NCBI RefSeq assembly: GCF_002113885.1
Contig: NW_018407322.1
Location: 3,976 to 67,975, forward strand
Length of the DNA stretch: 64,000 bases
Source of the DNA: Mizuhopecten yessoensis
Taxonomy: Eukaryota
Direction of reading: 5' to 3'
The notes below the pieces were generated by a model, which searched no databases, was not told the origin of the DNA, and worked only from the letters and a program-made list of their open reading frames with translations. How positions within the stretch are numbered: position 1 is the stretch's first letter; each line of letters starts with the position of its first letter. The position numbers and the translations under genes were made by a program. Of this stretch, positions 11,801-22,700 are shown one piece after another.

Positions 11801-13145
11801 TTCTTAACAGAAGAACCTTCTTTCCTGTACGCAACATATTTTTGTACTGAATAGTGATCAATTATAGTATTAAGTAGTGCATTTACTGTATTTGTAATGC
11901 ATCTTGTTTTGTAAAATATAATGCTTAATCATTAGTATGATTTCATTAGCAGGTCTATTGGCCATATGTTCTCCCATTTGTCATCATTAATATCAAAAAA
12001 GTTTTCCCCCCTTTTTTTTTTTGTAAGAACTGTTTAAAAATCTTTGGTCCCCTTCTTTTGTCTGTAAACAAATCTCTAAATTTAAAAGTAAAATAGGGTA
12101 AAAATGTCAATGTTTTATTGCGATTAATATTGTTTTGTGTAATGTATCTTCTTATTGCTGATAACATACCATAATACTGTAAGAAGTCTGTGCCTATGTC
12201 ATATTTATCCTTAAATTCGTTCTGTGTATGAAAAATTTGTGTCACGTGGTAACCTGTTTCCAGACGCCTGGACAACATGCTGGACGTGATACAATAGTTA
12301 AGTTACGCCGGAGTACACAAGTACGCCTCACAAATACTGGTCGTCAATGAATTCGAAGACCTGGTGTTCGAATGTACCAACTCGTGTGAGTAAACAGATG
12401 TTAATGACAAAGCACCTATTACTATTTAGGTTAATGTGTAAACATGAATTGTAACAATGTCAATGGGTTCACATGAGACTAAACTCATTCTTGTTACCAT
12501 ATCATCATAGCGCTACTCCTCCCGCACTTTTCTGATTGAGCAAATGTTAGGTTGTGTTTATCTATAAATATAAAAACAGAAAAAAAATATAATGAAAATC
12601 CGTTTGCTTCGCACTCGTAAAAAGAAACGTTACCCTTCCATAATTGTGACAGAAATATAAGGTATTCAATATGAACAGTTTACTTTTTATGTCTTGGTTT
12701 GGTGACTTTATGATAAATCGTTACTTTTATAACTCGCTTTGGTGACGTTATGATAAATCGTTACTTTTATAACTCGCTTTGCTGACGCTATGATAAATTG
12801 TTACTTTATGTCTTGGTTTGGTAACGTTATGATAAATCGTTACTTTTATATCTCGTTTTGCTGACGCTATGATAAATTGTTACTTTATGACTTGGTTTGG
12901 TGACGTTATAATAAATTGTTACTTTTATAACTCGGTTTGGTAACGTTATGATGAAGGAAATCTTTATATTTGTAGCTATTTATCCCTGTCAATTTCGAAA
13001 CGGAACTGACTTCATAGACGCCTACTTTCCCGGAGGACAGGACACGGTGACTCGAGACGCAGGGATTCTCGTGGGGTTCTTCGGGTTTTTTCTCCTTTTA
13101 CCGATACTTACGTATACTTACAGAGGTGGAAGGAACCTCCATTAG
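2884..13145 (+). CDS. ABCG5: ABCG5-like sterol ABC half-transporter, 5'-partial (first exons upstream of window), with one in-frame TAG at 12295-12297
   Basis: Exons 2884-3116, 4858-4990, 5544-5813, 7491-7710, 8347-8546, 10511-10649, 10892-11077, 12264-12385, 12976-13145. All are GT-AG and phase-compatible. Motifs: Walker A GSGKTS, signature ISGGE, IQLLQDP, Walker B ILLLDEPTTGLD, SIHQPRSD, GYPCPQYANPLD, IQDRIGLIYQ, RESMDGLY, KYASQILVVNEF. QLLQDP, IQDRxGLxYQ and ILVVNEF match recalled ABCG5 rather than ABCG8 or ABCG2. Confidence 0.88.
3390..4430. mobile_element. putative non-autonomous DNA transposon relic with a long internal hairpin
   Basis: Inverted pair TTTCTACCACAAT (~3396) / ATTGTGGTAGAAA (~4242), plus a palindrome with ~70-bp arms at 4271-4413. 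Boundaries are uncertain. Confidence 0.4.
6064..7146. other. assembly gaps (N 6064-6334 and 6444-7146) flanking an AT-rich microsatellite island
   Basis: Runs of N. The flanking ABCG5 exons join contiguously (NPLDNY|VDVASVD), so no coding exon appears to be missing. Confidence 0.95.
7147..7460. repeat. 62-bp tandem repeat, ~5 copies, ending just before the ABCG5 acceptor at 7490
   Basis: Unit TGTTCTCCCTGTACACCATACTGCTGTTTCCAATATTGGTAACTGGTAAATGTTCTCCGCTG. Confidence 0.92.
9070..9185. mobile_element. palindromic MITE-like element (related copy at ~38555-38715)
   Basis: Arms ATTGAACGGCATT..CAATGTTCAT / ATGAACATTG..AATGCCGTTCAAT. It shares the core CGCAAATCGGTTACAT and the end GTTCAATCCTTA with the 38.6-kb copy. 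Confidence 0.55.
9283..9560. repeat. 22-bp minisatellite (TTCCTTATTGTTATCTCCACGA), ~12 copies
   Basis: Direct periodicity. Confidence 0.92.
9645..10530 (+). repeat. 42-53-bp tandem repeat made of the ABCG5 splice acceptor plus the first ~17 exonic bases, ~17 copies
   Basis: Unit TTGTCCACAG|TTCCCCCGTTGAGAGAC-CTTGTATTATATCTATA. The last copy (CATAG at 10506-10510) is the true exon start (FPPLRDLYYRESMDGLY). Confidence 0.93.
10631..10715 (+). repeat. 33-bp triplication of the ABCG5 exon end and donor site
   Basis: TCAGCATCGTCGTCTATTG|GTCAGTATAGATGG, about 2.6 copies. Confidence 0.85.
11770..12240 (-). mobile_element. L1/Tx1-like LINE ORF2 C-terminal fragment, antisense in an ABCG5 intron
   Basis: Minus-strand EFKDKYDIGTDFLQYYGMLSAIR resembles the recalled Tx1/L1 FLQYxGxxSAI segment. 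Degenerate downstream. Confidence 0.5.
12675..12955. repeat. ~40-bp tandem repeat, ~7 copies, abutting the last ABCG5 acceptor
   Basis: Unit GTTACTTTTATAACTCGCTTTGGTGACGTTATGATAAATC. Confidence 0.9.
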
Positions 13146-13359
13146 TTTTAACGAGTTGAGAAGGTAAGGTGTTTTGGAGCTCTAATGAAGAAACGACATC
13201 TAGTGCCAAGCCGTGTGTTAGAGACAAAATCTCATGTGCAAAAAACAACACTACCTGACCTGTGACAAAGGCGTGTGTGGAATATGAGAGTGAACTTTGA
13301 CGAGCAGAATGCTTTGTTTATGAAAGGGAATTCCTGATTGATCTCCAAATTTTTAAATC

Positions 13360-13365
13360 AATAAA
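13360..13365 (+). promoter_or_regulatory. candidate ABCG5 polyadenylation signal
   Basis: AATAAA ~215 nt after the stop codon. Weak evidence in AT-rich DNA. Confidence 0.3.
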
Positions 13366-14589
13366 TTAAGGTTACGCTCTGTCCCTCTCTCTCTCTATCT
13401 CAACGGTAGTTTAGATAATAGGGGTTTCCAATGTTTGGCCCCTAGCTTCACCGTTGAGTCCTACAATGACGGAACAGCTGTATGCTGTAGTGTAATTCAT
13501 TTTTGGCCTACTGTATGTTATGCAAAATGTTAATGTGCAGTCACATGTGTGAGTGCAACGGTCATCTGTCTTGACACGTGACAAAGCCAAGAAACATAAA
13601 TAGCCATGCGAATGATCGAATTGTACGTTAAATGTTTCCAGACCGTTCCGTTGTTAAGTATGTCGAAGTATTGGGCCAGTGCAATACGACAGGCTCAAAA
13701 GGAGTCTGTCCCCTTTGATATAAGACATAATATGTAGTCCTATATGAGAAACCTGAATAAGGGTTTAATATATGACCACGTATAATGCTATAAATTGTAA
13801 CCCTAAACAGGGTTTGCTATAAGATGATTTATACGAAGTGTACTTTCTGTATCACAAATGCACAAATGCAGCATGCATCGAGACAATAGAAACAAAAGAG
13901 CAGGGTCGTACGTCCCAAACTAAACACTGTTAAATTCCGTAAATCATTATTCAATTTCGGCAGTGGTCCATATGACATATACATGTATAACGCGCACTTT
14001 CATGGAGTTTTACAAATCTTCTTCGCCGTAAATGTTATGAAACAAGTTTTAAAAAGTCCATCTCACTATCATCCCTGCATTTGGTTCTAACCTTAAAAAT
14101 ACCTGTTGAACCCATCATTGTCCAATGATGGCGACTTATTATGTTTACTTGACTTTTGTTCAGAAGGTTATTTAAGAGCATTATCAAATGATAGTGAAAA
14201 TCGGCAATTATTTTTATCAGATGGGCCTCTAATTGTTGTGACAAGTTAAAATGTAAAGTGCGAGTGTGCCGGTAGATTCCACTGGAGTATTTGTGCCATT
14301 GATGCTGACATTGTTTTCACTAATTCATTCACTCACTGTACATACGTCCATGTCGATATTTATTGTTAACAAACGCCATGTCTATTATTTGTTTGTTGAA
14401 ATAGTTGGCTGATGTTTGACGTTTTACGCATTAAAATGTAAGCCCCTCCACAAATGTGTTTGTTTTGGAAGTAGTATCATATCTTGTCATATCAAAGGTA
14501 TATGTTTACGACTGAGAATAGGGAAATATATTGTGATAAATGTTTAAGTAGTTTCTATCCACTGAAATCACCATCAAAGTATAAACAGA

Positions 14590-15990
14590 ATACCACAGTA
14601 GCACAACAGCTAGTAACATAAGAGGGTAGTAACACAACATGGTAGTAGCATAAGAGGGAAGTGAAACAGCAGGGTTATAACATAATAGGGTAGTAACACA
14701 ACAGGTAAATAACATAAGAGGGTATTAAGACAAAAGGCAAATAATCTAAGAGGGAAGTAAAACAACAGGCTTATAACATAGGATGTTAGTAACACAACAG
14801 GCAAATAACATAAGAGGGTAGTAACATAAAAGGCAAATAACATAAGAGGGAAGTAAAACAGTAGGCTAATAAAATATGAGGGAAGTTTCACAACAGGCTA
14901 GTAACATAAGAGGGAAGTAACACAACAGGCAAATAACAAAAGAGGGTGGTAAAACAAAAGGCAAATAATCTAAGAGGGAAGTAAACCAACAGGCTAATAT
15001 TATAAGAGGGGAGTATCACAACAGGTTAGTAACATAAGAGGGCAGTCACACAAAGGCAAATAATCTAAGAGGGAAGTAACACAACATGCTATTAACATAA
15101 GAAGGAAGTAACACAAAAGGCAAATAATCTAAGAGGGAAGTAACACAACAGGCTAATAACATAAGAAGGTAGTAACACAAAAGGCAAATAATCTAAGAGG
15201 GAAGTAAAACAATAGGCTAATATCATAAGAGGTTAGTAACACAACAGGCTAATAACATAAGAGGGTAGTAACACAACAGGCTTATAACATAGGAGGGTAG
15301 TAACAGAAAAGGCAAATAACATAAGAGGGAAGTAAAACAACAGGCTAATAACATAAGAGGGAAGTAAAACAACAGGCAAGCAAATAACAAAAGAGGGAGG
15401 TAACACAACAGGCAAATAATATAAGAGGGTAGTAAAACAAAAGGCAAATAATCTAAGAGGGAAGTAAACCAACAGGCTAATAACATAAGAGGTTAGTAAC
15501 ATAACAGGCTAATAACGTAAGAGGGAAGTAAAACAACAGGCTAATAGCATAGGAAGTTAGTAACACAATAAGCAAATTACATAAGAGGGTAGTAACATAA
15601 AAGGCAAATAACATAAGAGGGTAGTAAAACAACAAGCAAATAACATGAGAGGGAAGTAAAACAACAGGCAAATAACATAAGAAGGAAGTATCACAACAGG
15701 TTAGTAACATAAGAGGGTAATAACACAACAGGCATATAACATAAGAGGGTAGTAAAACAAAAGGCAAATAATCTAAGAGGGAAGTAAAACAACAGGCTAA
15801 TAGCATAGGAAGTTAGTAACACAATAAGCAAATTACATAAGAGGGTAGTAACATAAAAGGCAAATAACATAAGAGGGTAGTAAAACAACAAGCAAATAAC
15901 ATGAGAGGGAAGTAAAACAACGGGCTAATAACAGAGGAGGGTAGCAACACAACAGGCTAATAACATAAGAGGGTAGTAACACAACAGGCT
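14590..15990. repeat. 32-bp minisatellite (AGGCTAATAACATAAGAGGGTAGTAACACAAC), ~44 diverged copies
   Basis: Periodicity 15241->15273. It explains the hydrophobic minus-strand pseudo-ORFs. Confidence 0.95.
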
Positions 15991-17009
15991 AGTAGTGTAA
16001 ATACACAAACCATCTGTCAAACCTAACATTTTTTTGCTTTCGTTTTTTAATTCAGTAAAACGTTTCCCACGTTTTCATCATCACAAAAATACATATTGAT
16101 TAAATGTACGTCTTACCTCTTGCTTATTTACAAATTATATGTCAAACAAGCATGTTCTTTTGTCGTTTCCGGTAGTTCAAGGGACATTATAAACTTTATA
16201 TATAAGTATAGTAAAACATACGTTATAATTCAGTTGATACAAGGACTCAAGTCTGTTTAGTACGTGCGCACCAAGTCACGTGTCAGAAAAGTCACAAACC
16301 CACATGTGATTCCTCGTGCTCATTATACAAGGTAGATACACACAGGTAAGATAATGACTTATTCATTGAACAGCGATATTAGTCGATACGAGACACTCGC
16401 ACGTTCCTCATCACCCTTCACACCTGTATGTGAGATACATGTCGTACACACGCTAGTATGATATATGTGTTTATCCTTCTCTCATAACCTACAATGTCAT
16501 GGCTAGCATATTATTAAGGATTTTATGCAAGTTGTGCCCTGACCACAGGATTTTTGATAGTGTCAATGTACACCATTTTTGAAACCAAGTTGCAAATAGA
16601 ACCACACCAGATTACTGCCCAGTCGTCATACATCGCATTCGTTAGTGATTCGGGAAACGTCGTACCTTTCTGCAGTAGACGACGAGGTGGGGCCCATACA
16701 TTGTTACTATATGTTCCTTCAAATAATAGATTTGGCGATCCATGAATCATGATGGGTATGTCATCTTGCAAATCATCAAATGCATCTTTTTCCGATAGAG
16801 AAACATTCCGCCTCAAATATTTTAGAAAGGAATTTTTTTTATCATAAATTAAACGTGCAATTGAATTATATAGTATGTATCTTTGTTGATATGCGTTTTT
16901 GCTCAATCTTATTATTATTATACATAAAGGATATTTAATGGTCACCAGATGACAATAGGCTTAACATAAAACTACTTTATCAATCACCTACACCATTGCT
17001 CTATTTATC

Positions 17010-17305
17010 TACGTCACTGTTTACTGATACTGCACAACCGTTTAACTTTGACTAAGTACTGGTCTTGTCACGGTACGCTAAACTCCCACTCATATAACGT
17101 CACTGTTAACTGATACTGCACAACCGTTTAACTTTGACAGCCGTACTGGTCTTGTCACGGTACACTAAACTCTCACTCATATAACGNGAACTCTCACTCA
17201 TAAAACGTCACTGTTTACTGATACTGCACAACTGTTTAACATTGTCTACCGTACTGGTCTTGTCACGGTACGCTGAACTCTCACTCATATAACGTCACTG
17301 TTTAC
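17010..17305. repeat. 86-bp tandem repeat, ~3.5 copies
   Basis: ACGTCACTGT recurs at 17011, 17097, ~17205 and ~17292. Confidence 0.88.
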
Positions 17306-19757
17306 CTGAAACTACACCTCTGTTATACTTACTATCCCTTTTTTGCTTGAATTCAAATTCTGTTATTCCAAACTGCACTCACATATTAATTTACTTATAC
17401 TACTCTATTGTCATACGTACATTAAACTACTATTTACTAACCAAGGTTTATCTAAACTACAATGTCGGTTTAAATAGATAGGCAATTGGAAATAGATTGT
17501 AAGTTAATGGTAATATTCAGCCAATTAGGCCGGGGTTTTCCTTAAAATATAAAAAATATGGTTCAGCACAATTCTTACACTCCATATATATACCCCATCC
17601 TTATTATCGCCAACAGCCTCTTGACTGTGGTTTACCAACCCTGCCTGAATGATATCGGAAAAGTCTCAACTATACCATCCTGTTATTGTCGGTCCTGTAT
17701 CTCTGGAGAATGACCATGTTACGTACAAAACTTAAACTCAATGACATGCAAGTATGAAAGTCAAACATCAGAGTAAAAATCAAAGTAAATTTTTTTATTA
17801 GTCCGCAATGCCTATTGGGTGGCTATAGCAACTTCTAATGAACAGTCGCTCCAACATTTAACAAGTCCATCGTATAAATATATATCAAAGACGTTTGCAA
17901 AAAGAAAGCTCTTTAACCTAATCCTTGTAGTCCATTGTTGTCTTCATATAACATTTTACGACCTCATAATTAACGCAACACTGGCGCCTAAATCCTGACA
18001 TGGTGTTTTGTGGGGGAAAACCAAAACAGGCTAAAAAATAAAAAAATAAATACTTTCCTATATCTCCAGCAATGCTGAACTCTTAAGGAACCACAATGTG
18101 AAATATGAGCACCCTATTACAAATATTTCATTCAATATTAATCAATTTTAAAACTTGCACCAAAGCATGAACCTGTCAATTCTTGCAAAAAGCTAAAGTA
18201 AAAAACAGGTGACAATTGTGAAGATTAGATACTACTTGTTTTACTACCCTACAAGAAAGTTGAACCTGTAGGTAACGTCCAGGCTTAATACCAGCCTTCT
18301 GTTACAAACATTCCATGTAATCTTCATGAAATTCAACAATTGCATCTAAACCCTTACCTCTAAGTTTGGGCAAAAAAGGTTAAGTCTAAAACAGATGAGC
18401 ACAATAGCCCCGTGATCGAGCTGTAACATTTCAAGGTAAGAGTTATCTTTCTTTATGTAGTACTAAGATCTCACTTGTCAAGAATCAAACAGATCACAGA
18501 CTTTTGATTTAGACCTGTATCTTCAATACAAATAAATGTATGAAATACAAAATGTTTCATACATTCATTTATATATTTGTATTGAAGATCATATTCAAAA
18601 TATTTTGATTAATTTTATGTGTGACCACTATTGATGCAACCTCAGTATACAGGTACAGTTACTATGACAACATGTACACGTCCGGCGTGTATACCAGCTA
18701 GTATGTATTCGCATCGTCATACTAATGATGACGTCAAACATTGGGCCATGGCATTCATAACTGATATGAATGCCTTATGAATATAGTAGGGTTATATGGT
18801 GGCAAAGTCGTATGGTGGTATGCATATTTATATAAAGTTATAGCTTGTCAAATATGTACTAAGCATGATTGTTATTTTAGTTTTATATTAACTATAGTAG
18901 GTATAACGTTAGCAAAACTGTTAAATAAACTAACTTAAAATCCTATGTTAATCATTTTGACGTTTTTTCAGTTGATGTTTCTTGTATTTCTATTTAGATA
19001 TAGCGCCCTATCTAGCTAGAATAAAGCCACTCTCAAGCGCTGTACAGCACGTAGATATACAATTTATACAATCAATACAATCGTGATGAATTCACAGGAG
19101 CTGCTTTATCAGGCGCTAACTACTAGTCATATGTCACCTGGAATAAACACACGTGGGCATATTTTACTCAATGTAAACCTTTATTGATCCATGCAACTGT
19201 TTCATGTGAGGTTTCCTATATAGACACACGTGTTACAGTGAAATTAAAACAATGGTTCGAAACTATAGTTCTTTTATTATGAACGATCAATTCGCGCAGT
19301 TTAGTCTTATACAACATTACCAGAAATATATCCTGGTCATTTCTCACAATTTTTGTGTCGTCATTATTCGTCCAATCAGAAGTGAGCATTGCTTTAAAGA
19401 ATAACCAGTCAGTGTTGGTTTGGGTTTTATCATATAAAACACAACACCTGAACAATACTAATAAAGAAAAAATGCGTTTTCCGAGAATACCCTGTATGCC
19501 ACAAAGCAGGTAAGTGATGCTACTACATTTGTAAATACCCTGTTTTCCTGTCGCGATTGTAGAACTAAAACGGTACGGTTATACACGCTGATCACTATTA
19601 CTGAACTTAAAGCGAACTACATCTGTGAACTATCCAAGTGTAAAAATCCAAACAATCAGATTAGATGTCTGTGAAAAACCGCTTGAACTGTCAGGCAAAA
19701 TGTTAATGATTACAAAATCGCAGACAATATGTCCTGCTGGATATACAAACGAATTCC

Positions 19758-22700
19758 TTATTTGTCTTCTCTCTGTAATAGTTTTAAAATCTGAAAAACA
19801 ATGCATGTGTTTGCAGCATTTACAGGAAATGCTCTTATGAATGTCACCAGAGTTCCCTTGAAGAACACTGGTAACCCCTCGGCCTTAAAGCTTTGTATCG
19901 CACAGTCCGTGATACTTCTGTATTGACCCACCATATCACCTTGGTAACGGCTCTTGATCACGTCAAACGGCATACCCACGCCCCAGTTAATGCACCCGGC
20001 ACACCCTCCGCTGACACTATCGGCCACCAATCCCCGAGAGTCCGTCAGGCCCCGGTCCTGGAGAAAACGTTTCACTTGATGAAAGTTGACCATAAAAAGG
20101 CCTCCTAGGGGAACCTCGCGACAGATCATCAGCGATGCCCCCTTGTAAAACCCAACAAGACCCTGTTTTCGTTGTACGTGCAGCCCAACATCCAAAGGAC
20201 CACGAAAGTACTTAGTTTTGCCACCTGAAAATAAAAAGCTGTGAAACTAAATTCATGCTTTAGGACATAAAGAAGTTCAGATATACAAAGCTATGAAACT
20301 AAATGCATGCTTTAGGACATAAAGAAGTTCAGATATACAAAGCTGTGAAACTAAATTCATGCTTTAGGACATAAAGAGTTCAAATATACAAAGCTGTGAA
20401 ACTAAATTCATGCTTTAGGACATAAAAACGTTCAGATATACAAAGCTGTGAAACTAAATTCATGCTTTAGGACATAAAGAAGTTCAAATCATAATACAAA
20501 GAAATGTAAAGTTTTATCAATAACGTTCATTGAAGGTAAATTAATATCATCGAGCAATAATTTGAGCTGGATAATGGGTTTTTTTCACTTGTAATTAAAT
20601 ATCCCTATTTTGATACTAACAGGCTATATTATTCTGCCAATGCGATGATGCAGCTTGTGATTGGAGAACCACTTTGACGTAATCCACTGGAATGACAAAC
20701 GTCATTTCCGCCAGACTGCCAATACACCCGGCGACATAGCGGTACCGGCTGTCGACGTCTGCTGTGTGGTGTCCTTGAGTTAACAGTTTCAACGCTGCAT
20801 TGTTTACTCCCCAGAACACGGAGTTGGTGAAGATGACAGTACACAGTGGCCAGGAAAGTCCCCTCAGTAAGCCGTCAGACTGGAACACATCAATAGTAAG
20901 CTATACTATTGACATTCATTTGTCCTACCACGGCTCCTATTGCAATATGCTCGGTGGGACGGTTACTACATCTGTTCAGAGGAACATTATTGTGACGACA
21001 TCAGTTAGATTTTAACATCACGGATATTACAGCATTAAGATTCCACGAACTAACGTTAGAGGGATAAATACATTGTACTCTATTAAAACGTAAACAGTAG
21101 AAGATTTCTGTTAATAAACCCTGTAAGGGTTCTAAAACACGCATTGTTTAAATAACAAACACAAAACCTCATTTCTTTCTTGTTTCTATATTTTCTTTCA
21201 TGCTGTGAATGTCTTCAAAAAGATCAACTGCAGGGTTACATTTTCGTGATATCAATCGGATTCGATTGGACGTCATATCTAGATCTAGGCTTTATCAAAA
21301 CAATATTTAGAAAGAGACTTACAAGTTTACTTCTGTAGATTCCGGAGAGGATGGCAGGGAGTCTGACATCTGACCTTGTCTGCTGAATGACCTGATAATA
21401 GAGAGTAAAATAGAGAGTACTTCAAGGAAACTGTCGAATGTTGCATTGGTAGTTCAAGTAAACTATCGAATGTTGCATTGGTAGTTCATAGAAACTATCG
21501 AATGTTGCATTGGTAATTCATCGAAACTATTGAATGTTGCATTGGTAGTTCAAGGAAATCATCGAAAGGGAGTACTTCAAGGTCGGGAAGCAAAGGAGTG
21601 TTCCCATTGAATTATCGAAAGTTACGAGAGTATTTCTCGGAAAATATCGAAAGGGAGTACTTCAAGGTCGGGAAGCGAAGGAGTGCTCACATTGAATTAT
21701 CGAAAGTTAAGGGAGTATTTCTCGAACAGATCGAAAGGGAGTACTTCAAGGTCGGGAAGCAAAGGAGTGCTCCCATTGAATTATCGAAAGTCACGGGAGT
21801 ACTTCTCGGAAAAGATCGAAAGGGAGTACTTCAAGGTCGGGAAGCAAAGGAGAGCTCCCATTGAATTATCGAAAGTTACAGGAGTACTTCTCGGAAAAGA
21901 TCGAAAGGGAGTACTTCAAGGTCGGGAAGCGAAGGAGTGCTCCCATTGAATTATCGAAAGTTACGGGATTACTTCTCGGAAAAGCTCGAAAGGAAGTACT
22001 TCAAGGTCGGGAAGCAAAGGAGTGCTCCCATTGAATTATCGAAAGTTACAGGAGTACTTCTCGGTAAAGATCGAAAGGGAGTACTTCAAGGTCGGGAAGC
22101 AGTACTCCCGTTAGGATATCGAAAGTTTACGGGAGTACTCCATAGAATCTACCGAATGTTAAAGGAGTATCAATGGAAAGTTGAGAGAGTAAAAGCTCGT
22201 TTTACCTTAACCGTGTCGAACGGATAACCAACTAACACCACGGCTATACCTGTAACACAAAGTCAATAAAACTGTCTATTCCAAAATCTTTATTTATTTA
22301 CACGAAAGAACAATGTAGATTATGGTGCTGTTAATTTTGATATGTGAAGTAGGAAATAAAACTTTACCATACTGTTAACACAAGTTTGAATAAAGAACTG
22401 AAAGTCGGCAAGACATCAGAACAAATGTGATGAATATTTGTAGTCTACTGAGAAGTATAATAGCAAAATAAAACGCTTCAACAAAACATCGACAAAATAT
22501 ACCACTGAGTCAGTACATGTGGACAAATATAACCACAACGTAAACATTCAACAACAAAATATACCACTGCGTCAGTACACGAGGACAAATATAACCACAA
22601 TGTAAACATCTAACGACAAAATATGCCACTGAGTCAGTACATGTGGACAAATATAATCAAAACGTAAACATTCAACAACAAAATATGCCACTGAGTCAGT

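Noticed and set aside
12295-12297. Selenocysteine or pyrrolysine recoding of the ABCG5 internal stop
   Set aside because: Sec uses TGA, not TAG, and Pyl is not known in animals.
2884-13145. Calling the ABC gene ABCG8, ABCG2/white, or a definite pseudogene
   Set aside because: Diagnostic segments match ABCG5 best. One stop, with all other exons and splice sites intact, is not enough to call a pseudogene.
14506-15891. Hydrophobic or Cys-rich repetitive ORFs (also 9293-10432, 21598-22227, 33882-35009, 39767-40314, 41935-42234)
   Set aside because: They are translations of minisatellites, open in several frames, with no splice or start context.
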